Below are positions 12,670 to 27,600 of a DNA stretch of 64,000 bases, one piece after another. The notes beneath the pieces are model-generated. The model saw only the letters and a list, made by a program, of their open reading frames with translations, was not told the DNA's origin and did not search any database. The position numbers and the translations under genes were made by a program. The DNA lies in the NCBI RefSeq assembly GCF_026571515.1, contig NW_026858021.1, positions 248,001 to 312,000 of the forward strand. The letters run 5' to 3'. Position 1 is the first letter of the stretch, and each line of letters opens with the position of its first letter. This DNA is from Ruditapes philippinarum (Eukaryota).

Positions 12670-12856
12670 ACATCATTTATGGGGAAGAGGACTTATAGCT
12701 GAAAGACTGTTATATGAAAGACTACTCAAGGCTGAAGTGAATCAGAGAAAATTAATAGTTTAAAATAATAGCTATGTTGTTCACTCAATGTCCGAGTTGG
12801 TAAAATTGTAACTTTTATGATATCATATTACTTTACTACATAAAGAGATAATCGAA

Positions 12857-14088
12857 GGTTAAAACATTTTCAAAAGTGGTAATTTAAAACATATACGAAA
12901 TAAGAATATCTAATTAAGGTTTGACGATAGAATATCTTTGCCTTTTCTATGATTTATATACATTGCAGATACAATAGATTCGTCCTGTAACACCGTTTCT
13001 GTTTTGTACCATTAATATGTGCGTTAATCAGAACCAATTATTGTCACAATAGTTTCTGGAAAAAAGGTGCAGACATAGTGTTTCTTAAGTAATATTTAAA
13101 GAGACAATAAATCTAAATGTATTTGTTTTGCATGTCTAGTTTATAGTATAAAGCATAACTAGTTATGATATAACCAAGCTATAGACATATCGCAGGTTTC
13201 TAATAACTTGGATCGTCATAAACACCATCTTAAGCTTTATCATCTGGTACATGACAGGGTTATTTCTTATTGATCTGCTTTTATATCAGTATTGTTTTGT
13301 TTTGTTTCTTTAGCATTGAATCCAACTTATATATAAAAATTCTAAATAATACGGTATAATATGGTATAATTTACAATATTGTATTTTTTCAATGCTTCAT
13401 CAACAAATTTTAATGGTGACATATGTATAATATAACTGTCGGTTTCCAGTGAACATTCAAATTAGTTTTACTATGTATTGAATTTTGAAAATTACTATCA
13501 AACAAAAGCAACAAAACATTAGGTTAAGAGAATGTTTACCAAAGTTACAACTTTACAATATATATTATACCAAATCTCGTGCTCATACATTTTCAAAGTA
13601 ATTTAAGCTATTCATTGTGATAGCTATTCATAGATAATAAAACGTCATGCAAAAACTCTATTATCTTATTTCAGCACTTAAACTGAAAAATAAATCAGAA
13701 TATCTGTAATTCTATAAAGCAATTAAATAATTAAACATCTTTGATGTAGAAATTCTTTTCAAAGTAAAAAATATACAATGTGATAATGTAATAAAATATC
13801 TTTAATGTTGTAATTCTATTCAAGAAAATGTAATGTGACTAATTTGAAATGGGACAAATTGCTACAAAAATATGTTCTTCTTTTATCGTCATAATTAATA
13901 GATAGTAAAGAAAGAATAACTCAGCCAGACAACTACATATAAATGAAATGCGATTTCGTAAAAAAGATATATATTGCATGTATGCACAACATTATAAAAT
14001 GTTTTGTCCTTATCCAAACTATCATTTGTGAAACAAGTGTTATACGACACCAACAAAACATTTTGCACGTAACTGCTCATCTTTGAAG
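12857..14088 (-). other. ~1.2 kb inversion in unit 1 relative to units 2 (20540-21750) and 3 (31920-33135)
   Basis: 13021-13170 is approximately the reverse complement of 21430-21590. cacgtaactgctcatctttgaag (14066-14088) corresponds to cttcaaagtcgagcaactacgtg (20543-20565). Confidence 0.9.
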
Positions 14089-14864
14089 TTGACATTAACC
14101 ATTAAATGCTGGTCATTCTCTGTATGTACATGCTATAATATTATTTTTAAAATTCTAAACCAATTCGTCGTTACAGAATTAAGCAAACATATTCATTCTG
14201 TACCACTTACATTATGTGTTCCTTTTTCAAAATGGAGAATAACGGAATCCCAAGAGAACGCTCGAAACGACAAAGTTTATATTGCCTTAAATTATTGAAA
14301 TGCAAAATTCAAGATTGTGTAATCCTTGCATATCTAAATTTTAAAATTTTAAAACTGTGAAGCAATAAATGTTTCACTCAAAGCGTTTATTTCGTCCAGA
14401 ATTTGAAGAAATGTTGCAATTTATAATATGTCTTGGGTTTTAAACAAATAACATTGTTTGATTGAAATTGTATTTCAATTTTCAACACATTGCTTCTTTT
14501 GTACTTGAGGCGTAAAACATACTGTAGTTAGAATTTTAATGATTATTTATTGATTCACACATTCTTGATCCAAAGGAGCTGTCTGCTGTTATTCCTTTAG
14601 GCTATAAAAGGATTATAAATTTATAAATTTGAAATGAAATAATGCCACAAACTTAAATTGAAATTAAAAAAATCGGTTCTTATTTTAATTGACTAGTCGA
14701 CGATAACATTTCGGTTTTTAAGTTTGTTGTTACTTTTACATTAATTAAAAGTCGATATACCTTTAAAAGCATTAATTTGAAATTTTGGAATCAGTTTTAA
14801 TTTGAATTGACTACTCGCAAATAATGTTTCGATTTCTACATTAAAAACCAATATGCATTAAAGA

Positions 14865-14930
14865 CCACCCGCTAAGCTTAACAAGGAGAGCAGGGTTGGT
14901 CGCAGTTTCGATCCTCTGACAACCAGTAAT
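14865..14930 (+). mobile_element. Decayed tRNA-derived SINE head (paralogs ~23885-23940, ~34797-34862)
   Basis: The best-preserved copy (34797) reads cccacttagctcaacaggaaaagcgtcggatcggtcgcagtttcgatactcggg, with A-box and B-box-like motifs. Confidence 0.5.
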
Positions 14931-16714
14931 ATAAAAACACTTAAATAGCAATATTGAACTTCATATATCCCATTTTCACATTAATTCACTAGAATTAATA
15001 ATCAGAGTTATTGTGAATTATTCTTCTTACGTTGTAGACAGTACACACATATTGGTGAAAATCGTATTTGCTTTTGGGCCATCTTAGACGTAGGCTTATT
15101 ACATAACACAAAATTAGGAGCTATTGTCTTATATTCACGTTATTTGCCATGACGTATTCCAACGGACAAGTAATATAAGTAAGCGAAAGTAATGCAGAAC
15201 CACTAGGAAATTAACGGACTCAAATTTGTAATTGATGTATCTTGTCAACACAATCTTATCTAACTTGTAAAGGGATATTATATACATAATTTTAATGAAA
15301 TGAATGTCTGGTAATGGAAATTGCTTTCATCAATAAAGCATTACATATGACCTACTTGTTTTTGAAAAAAAAAGTACTTTGTAAATTACCGGTTTTTTTC
15401 CCTGCAAATATAGACAAAACAAGTGAAATAACAATAAAATCGGCTTTCTTTAGGGATTCTGTTTTTCACTATTTCAGTCCAATTGGACTTAAATTGGGAT
15501 GCGTAAGTTATATTATTTTGTAATAAAGATGTAAATTAAAATTTAAATTCCTTAGATTTTATCAAATAAAAAAATTGAGATGTCGTTGCCATTCAAAATA
15601 ACCATGTCTGCAGATTTTTAAGGTTGTTTTTATACAAAATTAATGTTGTTGTAAGATAAAGTAAAGTCTAATTTAAGTTAAGTACAGTTTTATGTTACAT
15701 ACGCATTGCATTAACTTAATTGGCTTTCTAATGAAACCCATAAAAAGACATCAGGAAAAGCATTTCATAATTATAGTAAATAAAAAGTCTATTTGCAGGG
15801 CTAAATTTTATTATCACACTTTATTCTTATATTAGACTTCTTTACCTATTAAACACCTTAGTTACTTAGCTGACAGAGATATTGAAGTAAAGTATAATTG
15901 TAGAACACTTTTACGATGCATATGCATTAGCTTAATTGTTTTAAGAAATATATTGCAGCTTATCAAATACAAAGAAAAAGAAAACAACTCCAGTTTCAAG
16001 GCTCTTGTCTTGTAACGAGACTATGATTATATTTCAACAAAACAGGAAAGAACTATTAAATAGTAATGCCATTCGAAAATATTTTCTTTATTACAATATA
16101 TAATGATACTTGTAAAATGATAAAGTTGTAAATGAACAAGCTGTTGTTTGAAGAGATTGGGTGCAGACATGGAAACACTTGTTCCATAATTAAGATAACG
16201 GTAAAAACATTAAATATCGATGTCAAACAATTGATTTTCACATAATTTTATGTTATTAGACAAACAATAAATATGAGACTTTCTCTAACACGTTTTAAAA
16301 CGTAATATTGTATCATATTTATGATTGAAAATGTAATTATATGTATCGTAAATGTATGATTAGAACTACATGCTAATAAAAACAACTCAAATTTTTTAAA
16401 TGGTATTCTGTTGCTTGGCCTTGATCTCAACTTTTGCCATAATTAAGAAAATGCTAAATACATGTTTAGGCAAACATCTACATTTTATACCAAGAACCTT
16501 TATTTAGAATCATTTATTTATATACAGTTGTTTTATGTACGAATCACAGGCGTCTAGAATGTTGCTCTAAATATAGACATATTTACCAATACATATCTTT
16601 GTCTAATTGTTACTGAAAGTAAAATACTATTAACTTACACTTACTTTTAACCTTCATTTATATACATATCAATTGTACATCTATTAAGATGTTTTCCTTT
16701 TAGACCTTATAAGT

Positions 16715-16950
16715 AGAAAGTCCTGGATTAAATAATGGTATTCAGAGACAAGAACAAACAGACCGGCTTGATAGACGGCGTAATTGTATCGCTTCCAAAA
16801 TTAGAGATTGTGCCATTTATATCATTGTCACTTAATAATGTTTAAATAAGAAACAGAAGAATGAAAGAAACATACTTTGGCCGAATCACTATCGTAATGA
16901 TGTACTCGTCACACTTCAACTCTAACTTTCTTGAGAGCTTGTGAGTATTC
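16715..16950 (+). pseudogene. Decayed LINE AP-endonuclease N-terminal fragment (paralogs ~25210-25460, ~38040-38300, partial ~42260-42400)
   Basis: PGLNNGIQRQEQTDRLDRRRNCIASKIRD resembles the G(Y/F)...R.DR..R.GGGVA.Y(V/I)R.D motif. A downstream HYR resembles (I/F)YRPP. Confidence 0.35.
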
Positions 16951-18371
16951 TATTAATCAATGATATGATTCATTTTTGTTATGATTTTTACAGACAAATG
17001 GCAGAATTTGTTGCAAGTGTTTGTCGGAATAAAAACATTATATACTTCTCGTTATATGTGCTATGCCAAAAAATGACAATACTTGTACACAAAATGTTTA
17101 TGTGATTTAAGGAGAATGGTTTAATTCTTAAAACTATTAAAATTGACCTGAAACTCGTTGTCGTAATTAGTTTCTTGTAACACTCCTTGCTTTACATTAC
17201 AATAAGTGTTTCAATGGACGAACGATGCTATAATATTTTTATTGAACATGAATAATCTATATCTTTTACCCTAGAGATATTCAAGATTCAGAAGCTAGAA
17301 TTACTTGGCTTTTTATTTTTTCAGATTGTTAATAGTCATGTTTTCATGATTGTTTGTAACAGTAATACCTGTCAGTTGAATATTTTTTTATAAACTATAC
17401 TTTCTTATTTGGGATCAGATAGCGATAGTTTATTTTAATCACAATCTTAACGAAACTATAATTAATATACTACAAATTCCTTACGTTTACAGTCATTCAT
17501 TAATTACAAATCTATCTCTTATTTCTTTTTTAAAAATATGTTTACTTGCTTTTTGAGTAATTATGTCAATAAAAGACAAGTTCATACTGAGTGACTGAAT
17601 GGCATGTACATTTTTATCTTAAACCAAAACATGATATTGCTCCATTAGCATCATTATAACAAATAAATTCTAAATGAGAAACTAAGTAGAATGTCATTCG
17701 GTAAAACCACTCTAATTATGTAAAATGTACTTTTGTAAAATTCTCACTTTCATTTTGACCTTCTTTGGTTGTGCTTTAAGCATTTATGCAAAATTATGGA
17801 AATTACATTAGCATCATTAATCTAGGCAAAACAAAATTGTACACAAATAAGTTTGAACTTAAACAAGAGGTTACTAAACTAAATCTGGTTGAATTCTTTC
17901 TTTGTAAATTCTGATTATTTTATAGATACAGAAATATTACGAATGCTTATAATTGGCATTACACGCGGATTGCTGGCCAAGTTTGCAATGTTGATGTAAG
18001 GTTGTTTTTATTTTCTAACCTGACAGAATTGTTTTGTATTTAATGCCCATAATTGTAATCTATTATGTTACGTGCCCGGAAAAATTTAAGATAGCAAACG
18101 GCAAGCAGGTAGGATGATATCACAAGATATATTAACGAAATAATTCACTAAAGATATTTACTTACCATCATATAACATCAATAAAGTATAAATTATTTAA
18201 CAATTTATATCAAGAATGGACGGGTTCTTGATGTATCTTTTACTTGACAGAATATTGCCCCAAATTTTTAAATGTCCATTCCTGAATTTATATGCATTTT
18301 GAAATTGAGTATAAGAACATGGTTAAAATAAAAACCAATTATTCACTTAAAAGCCATACGGAATGTGAAAC

Positions 18372-18510
18372 ATGAAAAAACAAACACAAGAGGAACAAGG
18401 AAAGACGGCGTTCAATGAATACAACGCCTACACGACCAGCAACCAAGGGACTACCAGCAAGGAACCTAGCAGGACACCAAACAAAACAAAACGGACAGGA
18501 CGCAATGCAA
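18372..18510 (-). mobile_element. Short interspersed element, subfamily A (orthologous insertion also at 40746-40892 and 43757-43887; remnant at 27354-27395)
   Basis: GC-rich island with cgttcaatgaa and caggacaccaaacaaaa. The upstream flank (agccata.g.aat) is shared by units 1, 3 and 4. Confidence 0.75.
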
Positions 18511-21500
18511 GAAGAAAAATGATAGCCGTCGGGTGTTGGCGCTGTAAAAATGTAAAGTGGAATCACATTAGTCAAAGGAAATACTTAAATAAATACGAAT
18601 ACAAGACAAATGGTCTGAAGATGTTAAACAATTTCTGTCTGAATATCACCCAGCTATAAAATTTAATTTCCTGTTGTCTGTCATCGAACGATTAACAGTA
18701 TAGACACATCACATAACAACATGTGATACACTTGTGCCATTTTTCATTTTCCTGTTTTCAGAATGTAAGAGAGAATTGTCTAAAGATCTGAAAACAAAAA
18801 GTAATGATTTTATTCGGCAGTCAACAGGCACCGATTGTTTTTACGAACAAGTTCTATATGTCTTTAAAGTTATTCATATAAAAACGGACCATCTTAATTT
18901 AACGTAAATTTGACTCCCCTTTCAGGTTATCACACAGATAGTCATATTACATCATGTCACAAAAGCATATAATTTATGACGGAATAATTTCAAGCTTTCT
19001 GGAAAAATGATATAGTTGTATCTTAGGTGTTTAAGAAAATACTTAGAAACGTATGAATGATAAGTCGTTAACAAACGAATGCCCAATTTGATTTAATAAG
19101 ATGCATTAATTGGTTTGAAGGTAATTTCTCACATAAATGTCATTTACACAAACATAACAGCGTCGTGTCAATCGCAATACCGCGCAAATAGGATAAAATC
19201 TAATATATTTTGATTAAAAAAATACTTTGTCAGTAAACCACAGTCTGATAATTGGCACTATAATTTTACAATTTGTGTAACTTTACAAAACTAAATACGT
19301 CGGAAGTAAATGTTTCAAAAACAAGACTTTAGTGCAAAAACCTCTTACAACATTGTGCGTGATTAGTCCAGAACTCACTAAAACTCTTTTACTGTATTTG
19401 TGTGAAGGCCTTCTAAATTGTTTACGGAGAAACCCTATTTTGCAGTCTCTTGAGAAATTAGGGTTTTGTTTATATGAAATTTATCAAGATTACTGTCATT
19501 GTGTGACATATTGGCATTTTAAAACTTCGCTCAACATATAAAGGGAGAAGAATTCCACGTGTCAAAGATATTTGAATGACCTGTTTCCTAGCATAAAGAG
19601 CAACGACCGTTTTCAATGAAATAATCATTAACAAGATATCAGGAGTGTAATGTATGTATCTTTGAGATATTGATTCATCCTGGGTGTTATATAACTTGAA
19701 CAGCATGTCTTTCAATGTTAGTACAAACACAACCAAGATATATACATGTACAATTTTTATGCTAAGATAGTCAAATACTCAGTCAAGCAAAATGACTTTT
19801 ATTCTAAAATGATTTTTTTATATCTATCACTTCCATTCACAGGATCGAATTATTACAAAATTAATTCGCATCAAGTTTTATGACAAAAATAAGTATTACA
19901 AAAAGCTTTCATCTCATCTTTAATTACGCATTACATAAACCTTGATTATGCTATCTTTTGATGTATTTCTTCCATAAAACTCAAATTAAGGTCAATAATA
20001 TACAATATCACTCAATATCTGATTCATCATTAAAGAGATATCGTTGATTTGAACAGAATTAAGGGAAAAATGGTACAAGACACCACGTGTTTCACAAAAA
20101 TTTGTTATATAAAAACACTTTGGGCAATTAAAGATCAATATTAAGGTACATATCGTATAACATAATAAAAAAGATTTTGAAAAAAAAATCAGTGAAACTT
20201 GTATTAAAACTTTTTTCACGCGAGGATGAGATTTCAATAGCCTATAAAATGTCGATGATTCTATAAAATTCAAATACAATTCACTTTGTTCTCAGATTCT
20301 GTTAAACAATCAATTATATGCTGATATCACCTGTGATGAAGTAGAATTATAGCTTTGAGTCTGTTATATCAAAAACTACTTAAGGCTGAAGTTTATCAGA
20401 GAAAAGTAATAGACATGCTTTAAAGCTCATTGTCCGAGTTGGTAAAAATGTAACGTTAATGATATTATATTTCTTTACTATATAAAAAGTAATGGCTTAC
20501 AGGAATTGTCCATCAAAATATTTAAAAGTAGTAGGGAAAACACTTCAAAGTCGAGCAACTACGTGAAAATACTTGTGTTGGTATCATGTAACACTTGTTT
20601 CACAAATGATAGCTGTAATTAAGGACAAAACATTTGGTAAATTTGTGCATACGTGCACTATATTTAATGTACGAAAACTAATTTCCTTTATAGGTAGTTG
20701 TCTGACTGAGTTATTTTATCATTACTATCTATTAATTATGACGATAAAGGATGAAAATATTTTTGGAGCAATTTGTCCCTTTTCAAATTAGTCACGTTGC
20801 ATTTTCATGAATAGAATTACTACATGAAAGATATTTTATTACATAATAACATTGCATTTTTAATAGATTTACTACATCAAAGACGTTTTATCATTTAATC
20901 GCTTGATAGAATTACAGATATTCTGATTTATTTTTAAGTTTAAATGCTGAAATAAAATTATGGAGTTTTTGCATTACGTTTTATTACAACTATCACAATG
21001 AACAGCTTAAATTACTTTGAAAATTAATGTGTACGAGATTTTGGTATACTATATATACATTGTAACAGATTTTAATTTAAAAGTTGTTATTCTCTTAAAC
21101 TAATGTCTTGTTGCCCTTGTTTTATAGCAATTTTCATAGTTTCAAATACCAAGTGAAAATTAATTTGAATGTTCATTGGAAACGACAGTTATATTGTACA
21201 TATGTCATCATTAAAATTTGTTGTTGAAGCAATACAACAATTTTGTAAAATATTTCATATTATTTACATTGTTTAGTATAATTTACATTTAATGTTAAAG
21301 AAATGCAGAAAATATAATGATATATCAGAGCAGACGATTATGTAATAACCTTGTCTTGTGCGAGATAATAAAGCTTAGGATTGTGCTTATGAATTTCCTA
21401 ACTATCAGAAACATGTGATATGTTTATAGCTTTGTTATATCATAACTAATTATACTTTATACTATAAACTAGACATGCAAAACAAACTCAGTAAGATTTA

Positions 21501-24417
21501 TTGTCTCTTTAAAAATTACTTTAGAAACACTGTGTCTGCACTTTTGTTCAAAAAACTATTGTGACATTAATTAGTTCTGATTAACGTACATAATAATTGT
21601 AGTTTCAATGATGAAAACAAGAAAGAATTTATCGTAACTGCAACTTGCCCATAAGTTATAGCAAATATATAAAGGTCTAAGAAGAAACGCTCAAAAGCTA
21701 ATATTCTTGACTTGTATATCATTTCCAGCTATGAAAATGTTTCGACCAAGGGATAATGAACGTTCCTTTGTCAAAAATGTACTTTATAAACAATACTTTT
21801 GCTTAATATTTGCATTAGATATTCATTATTGTTATATTTTCTAAAACATTATGTTGGATTTGGAGTGTAGGAGTAGAGATGCATTTTCAACGTGATATCC
21901 ACCTATGAAACAACAACCAATTAAGTTAGCATACATTCGAGAAAACGAGCTTGCATCTTTGCTAGATTTATATCCGACAATAACGACACAACTCAATCCC
22001 AATTACATTTGTATATTGAACTCATTCAAAGGAAATGTCAAATAATGCAATATATTGAATTATGGACGAAATGGAGATTTAACTTTGCTAACAAATGCAC
22101 GTAACCTAATTTATTTCTTCGTCTTCTCTTCTTTTCAATCAAACTATTTGCACTCATGGAATGCCATTCAACGGGCTATATATGTCATAATGTTTGTGGC
22201 CATTTTCTTATATATTATGTAAGGTCTTGCCCTCTTTATTAGAAGTTATTATATGAAATATTGGTATCATATATATTACAATATGTTATTTTGGCATTAA
22301 TATTTACAAACTTATGATATCAATCACTTTTCTAAGAGCAGCTGCAAAATTTTATGTTATTGCTAAAAAAAGAAATAATGTGTTGAATAATAAGCAATCA
22401 AATGTGATTAAGTAAATATATAAAATAAAAGATGTTTGAACTTTTCATTTAAATTCAATCAACATTTTAATGTGTTTTCAGTACCTTGGCGTAAATTTGA
22501 TGAACATCATTTTTTTATTTTTATCTTACGGAACAGTTTATTTCTTGGTACACTCTTTCATATATGTGTGTTTTCTTTTTTTTTTCTTTTTTTTTATTTC
22601 TTGTTTTCTTATCAAGATGAACTGTTAAATTATTTAAAATTCAGAATATCCGAATTCCCCCCCCCGCCCCCCCAGAAAACACACTGTAACAATTTACCAT
22701 ATTGTTTACATTATGAAAAAAAATTGTATTGTGCAAAATTATGTATGTTTACTGCTGGAAAACTAATATATTATACTCATTATATTAGAAAATCCTCATA
22801 TTGTACGAACAAATTTGCTTGAGTGAATACAGATATCTGTCTGTCTGTCTTTTGATTTAAAATATTTGCAGACATTACATTGTTTATCAAAGGTTATTAA
22901 AGATTAATAGTTAGCGTCCATTGGCATAATAATTGGAAAACAAATTAGAAAACACACTTTAAACATGTGTTTAAGGTGTTTTAAATAATGCATCAATTGT
23001 GGGCACTAAATGCACTACAATAATAATTGAAGGGTTTTAATACACTGTAATATTGTCACTTCAAACTTCAATTTCCAGGTTTTCATTACCATACTTTAAC
23101 CTTTATGTAAATACCAATTTACATACAGTTATTACATTGAATCATGCATTCAAATGTAAGTAACGTATCACTATAAAACGTTTCAATCCATGTCACATTA
23201 TTGACTGAACATTAGGAAAACATGGCCAATTGTGACATTTAATGCTAGAAATTCTCTGTATGCACATGTTATAAAGTAATATTTAAAATTTGCAAACGAA
23301 GTCGTCATTTACAGAAATTATCAAACATATTTATTCTGTACCACTTACAATATGTGTGCATTTAATAAAAATAGAGAAAAATGAAATCACTAAAAAAGTT
23401 CTATACTGCCTTAAATCATTGAAATGCCAAATTCACGATTGTGTAATCATTGCATATTTTTATCTTAATACAAGGAAGCAATTATTGTTGTAATAAAAAT
23501 GATTATTTCGTCCAAGACTCGAACAAACCTTTCAATTTACAATGTGTCTAGGATTATAAACAAATAATGTTGTGACAATGAAATTATATTTCAATTTTAA
23601 ACATATTGCTTCATTTAAAACTTGTTCTTGAGGCGTAAAACATACTGTATTTGCAGTTCTCGAAAAAAAAAATCAAATTTAAATGATTTATTTATTGATT
23701 TGATACACAATTTGATTTCAAACGAAAATGTCTGCTGTCATTCCTTTAGGCTGACTGTTTTATAAATTTAAAATCGAATAATGCTAGAATTTGAAAATCC
23801 AAATTTAAGAATCATTTCTAATTTAAAATGACTACTTGATGATATCGTTTCGATTTCTACATAAAAACCGATATACTTCTACAAAACCAACAGGAAAGGC
23901 GTCGGATCGGTCGCAGTTTCGATCATCGGGCAAGGCGTAATATAAATAACACTCCTATGGAACCTGAACGTAACTAATATATCTTAATTGCAGTTTAATT
24001 TACTAGAAATAAAACTATCATAATTATTGTGAATTATTCTTCTTACGTTGTAGATAGTACACAAATATTACATAAAAATCGTATTTGCTTTGGGCAAAAT
24101 AAGACGTAGGCTTATTACATGGCATAAATTTACCAGCTATTATCTTGTATCACGTTATTTGCCATGACGTATTGCCTAACGATAAGCAATATAAGTAAGC
24201 GAAAGTAATGCAGAACCATTGGGAAATTCACTTACTCAAGATTTGTAATTGATTTCATCAATAAAGCATCATATATGACCTACTTGTTTTTGAAAGCATG
24301 TCTTAGCTAAAGGACCGAGCTTATTCTGCAAATATAGAATAAAAAGTGAAATAACAGAAAAATAAATCACCGTGCAAGACGAAAGTAATAATAAAAACAA
24401 TAATAACACAAAAGCAA

Positions 24418-24600
24418 TTAAAGGAACTCCAATAAATTTTTTTTGGCATGACGGGACTGGAAATAATTTTTTCGAGATTAATATTCTATTGCACGAAGGC
24501 GTAGACGTGCAAAATTTCACACCATTCTTGCTCACTCCATTTTACAGAATTACTATTCTGATTGTGCAAAATGAACAAAGACTCAGAAAGCCGTGTTGGG
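24418..24600 (+). mobile_element. Left end of a TTAA-target (Kolobok-like) non-autonomous DNA transposon (paralog 35430-35565; matching right TIR at 27838-27855; inverted remnant ~7225-7262)
   Basis: TTAA-AGGAACTCCAAT at 24418 and 35430. Reverse complement TGGAGTTCCT-TTAA at 27842-27855. Confidence 0.5.
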
Positions 24601-27600
24601 CTTTCTTTAGGGATTTTGTTTTTCACTATTTCAGTCCAATTGGACTAAGGACAACACAAAAATGAGTTGATTCTATTATTAATAGGAAGAGAATTACGTA
24701 TGCATTATGTATTGCAGATAAAGCGGAATCTAATAACAAGATTGGTAAATATAAAAAAGAATAAACATAAATTTCAATTTTAACAAACGATTTCACTTAA
24801 TAATATATATCGTATATGTTTGATTGGCTCCACATGCAAATAAAAAACAACTCAAAACGTGTCACAATTTTTAAATGGTATTGTGTTTCCTCGCCTTAGA
24901 TATCAGCTTTTGCATTTAGAAAATGCTAAATACATGTTTTGGCAGACATGCACATTTTATGCCGAGAACCTTTATTTAGAATAAGTGTATTTATATACAC
25001 TTGTTATACCTCTCTTGCACATTTGCTTTATGTTCGAATCACAGGCGACTCAGTAATGAATGTTGTTCTGAATATAGACATATTTATCAATATACATCTT
25101 TGTTACTGAAAGTAAAATACTATTAACTTACACTTATTTGTAACCTTCATTTATATCACATATCAATAGTACATCTATTAAGTTGTTTTCCTTTTAGACC
25201 TTATTAAATGTAGAAAGTCCTTGATTAAATGATGGTATTCAAAGACAAGTACACACTGACCGGCTTGATAGACGGCGTAATTGTATCACTTCTGAAATAA
25301 GAGATTTCTACATTAACATCATTGTTACTTAATAATGTTTACTTAAGAAACAGAAGAATGGAACGTGTTTATAAATGAAACATACTTAGTGCGAATCACT
25401 ATCGTACTGATGTACTTGTCGCACTATAATGCTGACCTTCTTCGGAGCTTAAATTGTGAGCATTTTGTTAAACAATTTTTGAAAGGATTTGATTTTTATA
25501 GACAGATGGCAGCATTTTTTGCAAATATTTAACGGAATTTCATATTTATATACTTCCTTTTATAAGTACTTCATACTTCATTACATTACATACTGTATTT
25601 TAGATGCCGAAATTGTCAAAACTTGTTTACAAAATTTTAATGTAACTTAAGGCGAATGGTTCCATTCTTAAAACTATCTAAATTGACCTGAAAATCGTAA
25701 TAAGTTAATTGTAACACTTCTTGGTTTACAATACAATTCTTGTTTTAACGAACGTACGATGATAAAATCTGTTTTTGAACATGAATAATTTATAACTCCT
25801 ACCCTAAGAATATTCAAGATTCAGAAGGTATCCAGAATACGTTAGAATAACTTGACATTTTTCTCAGATTGTTAATCGTCATGTTTTCATGTTTGTTTGA
25901 AACAATACCTTTCAGTTAGATAATTTTGATAAAAACACAGATTGTCTTTTTTTATTTGGGATCAGATAGCGATAGTTTATTTTAATGTAACCGACAGAAA
26001 CCTTTGTAAAAAAAGTATTGGTGCAGACCATGTCTGTCACAGCATTTTAACACAACTGTGGAATCTGTCTCTATGAACTCAGTGCGCATGGGTGCCATTG
26101 ACGCTGGTGACCTTAACATGAGAAACAGAGATAAACACTTTATTTTGTCATCACTGAGACACAAAATCAAAACCATTATTATATTTTTACAATAACAGGA
26201 ACCTCATGAGACAAATCTAAATAACAAAATTTCAAAGAAATGTCTGAAGCTAGACTACGACAAATTTGGTTATTTTAGAATTACAAAAGACATTAAGAGC
26301 TCCTTAGCTTTTCAGATGTTGCCTATGCATAAATAGAGCACAATCAGAATAAAACGATTTGTAAAGAGTTTCAGAGAACACAAACGTAAATTTGTATACT
26401 CACTTAGACTAATAAAATTTTGTTAATGGATTGTAAATTCAAAAAATAATAACACCGTGTTGCCAATTCATAAGATGAACATGTGAACAAGCAGCAGAAA
26501 AGATACAGATTGTACGTTAAAATTGAATCCTGCTTCTTTATATTATTTCCTGGGTATTGTAATGTTCAGAATAGCATACATGTAAACATTGCTAACCTTA
26601 ACTCGTGGATGCATAAATATGTTGCATGAACACTTCTGTAAAGTTTGCCGAAAAATAAACGTAAACAACTCTGAAGTAAAATACTCTTATTTCCCACAAA
26701 CAAGCTTTTTTTCTGAAATTGTGTGTAACTAAAAATCGTAACATTTTTTGTGAGAGTAATTGATTGCTTTATGGATCACAGTTATATGACTATTACATAC
26801 TTCTTATACAAGTCTTTCTATTATTAATATCCGTCCACTTGACTTGATCTTTTCTTTGATCCAGAATTAATGTATAAAACCACGTCAAAATGTAATGGTT
26901 TTTTTTCAAAATGATATTGAAACTATAATTATACTAAAAATTCTTTATGTTTACTGTCATTCATTAATTACAAGGCAATCTCAAAACATGTTTACATGCT
27001 TTTTGAGTAATTATGTTAAAAAAAGACAAGTACATACTGAGTGGCTTAATGGCAAGTACATGTTTATTTGAACTGCTCCATTAGCATCATTATAACAAAA
27101 TAATTTTTAAATGAGAAACTAAGTAAAATGTAATTCTTTAAAATCACTATAATTATTGTTTAATTTACTTTTGTAAAATTGGGCACTTTTCATTACTGAC
27201 CTTCTTTAATTGTGAATTTAAGAAATTTATTGCCAATATTTGGGAAATTACTTTGGGCCCAAATTATAACAAAATAAATTCTAAATGCAGAAACTTAAAA
27301 AAAGAATGTTTCACTATCAATCGTGCTTTAATGCACCTTTTTGTTAAAGTGTACAAAACGGACAGGGCGCAATGCAAAACACTCCGGGACGGGGTCGATT
27401 AAATTTTATACCTAATTTAATAGGAAAATGTAAATAGCATTAGGGGGCCATTATATAACATGCAAATCAGATCTTAAGCCATAGAATTAAATTTTAAAAA
27501 ATATATATTTAGAAAACATTTCGGCTTTTCCAATTAACACTTGTATATCAAATTATATCCAAGTTGTATAAAATCAGATATTGTTAAAATCCACACATTT

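Noticed and set aside
18372-18659. Basic peptide MKKQ...KEPSRTPNK, with a 53-aa version at 40747-40908, as a small-peptide gene family
   Set aside because: The ATG is lost at 43757, other copies have frameshifts or stops, and stop codons lie in unrelated flanks. It is the A-rich antisense strand of the repeat.
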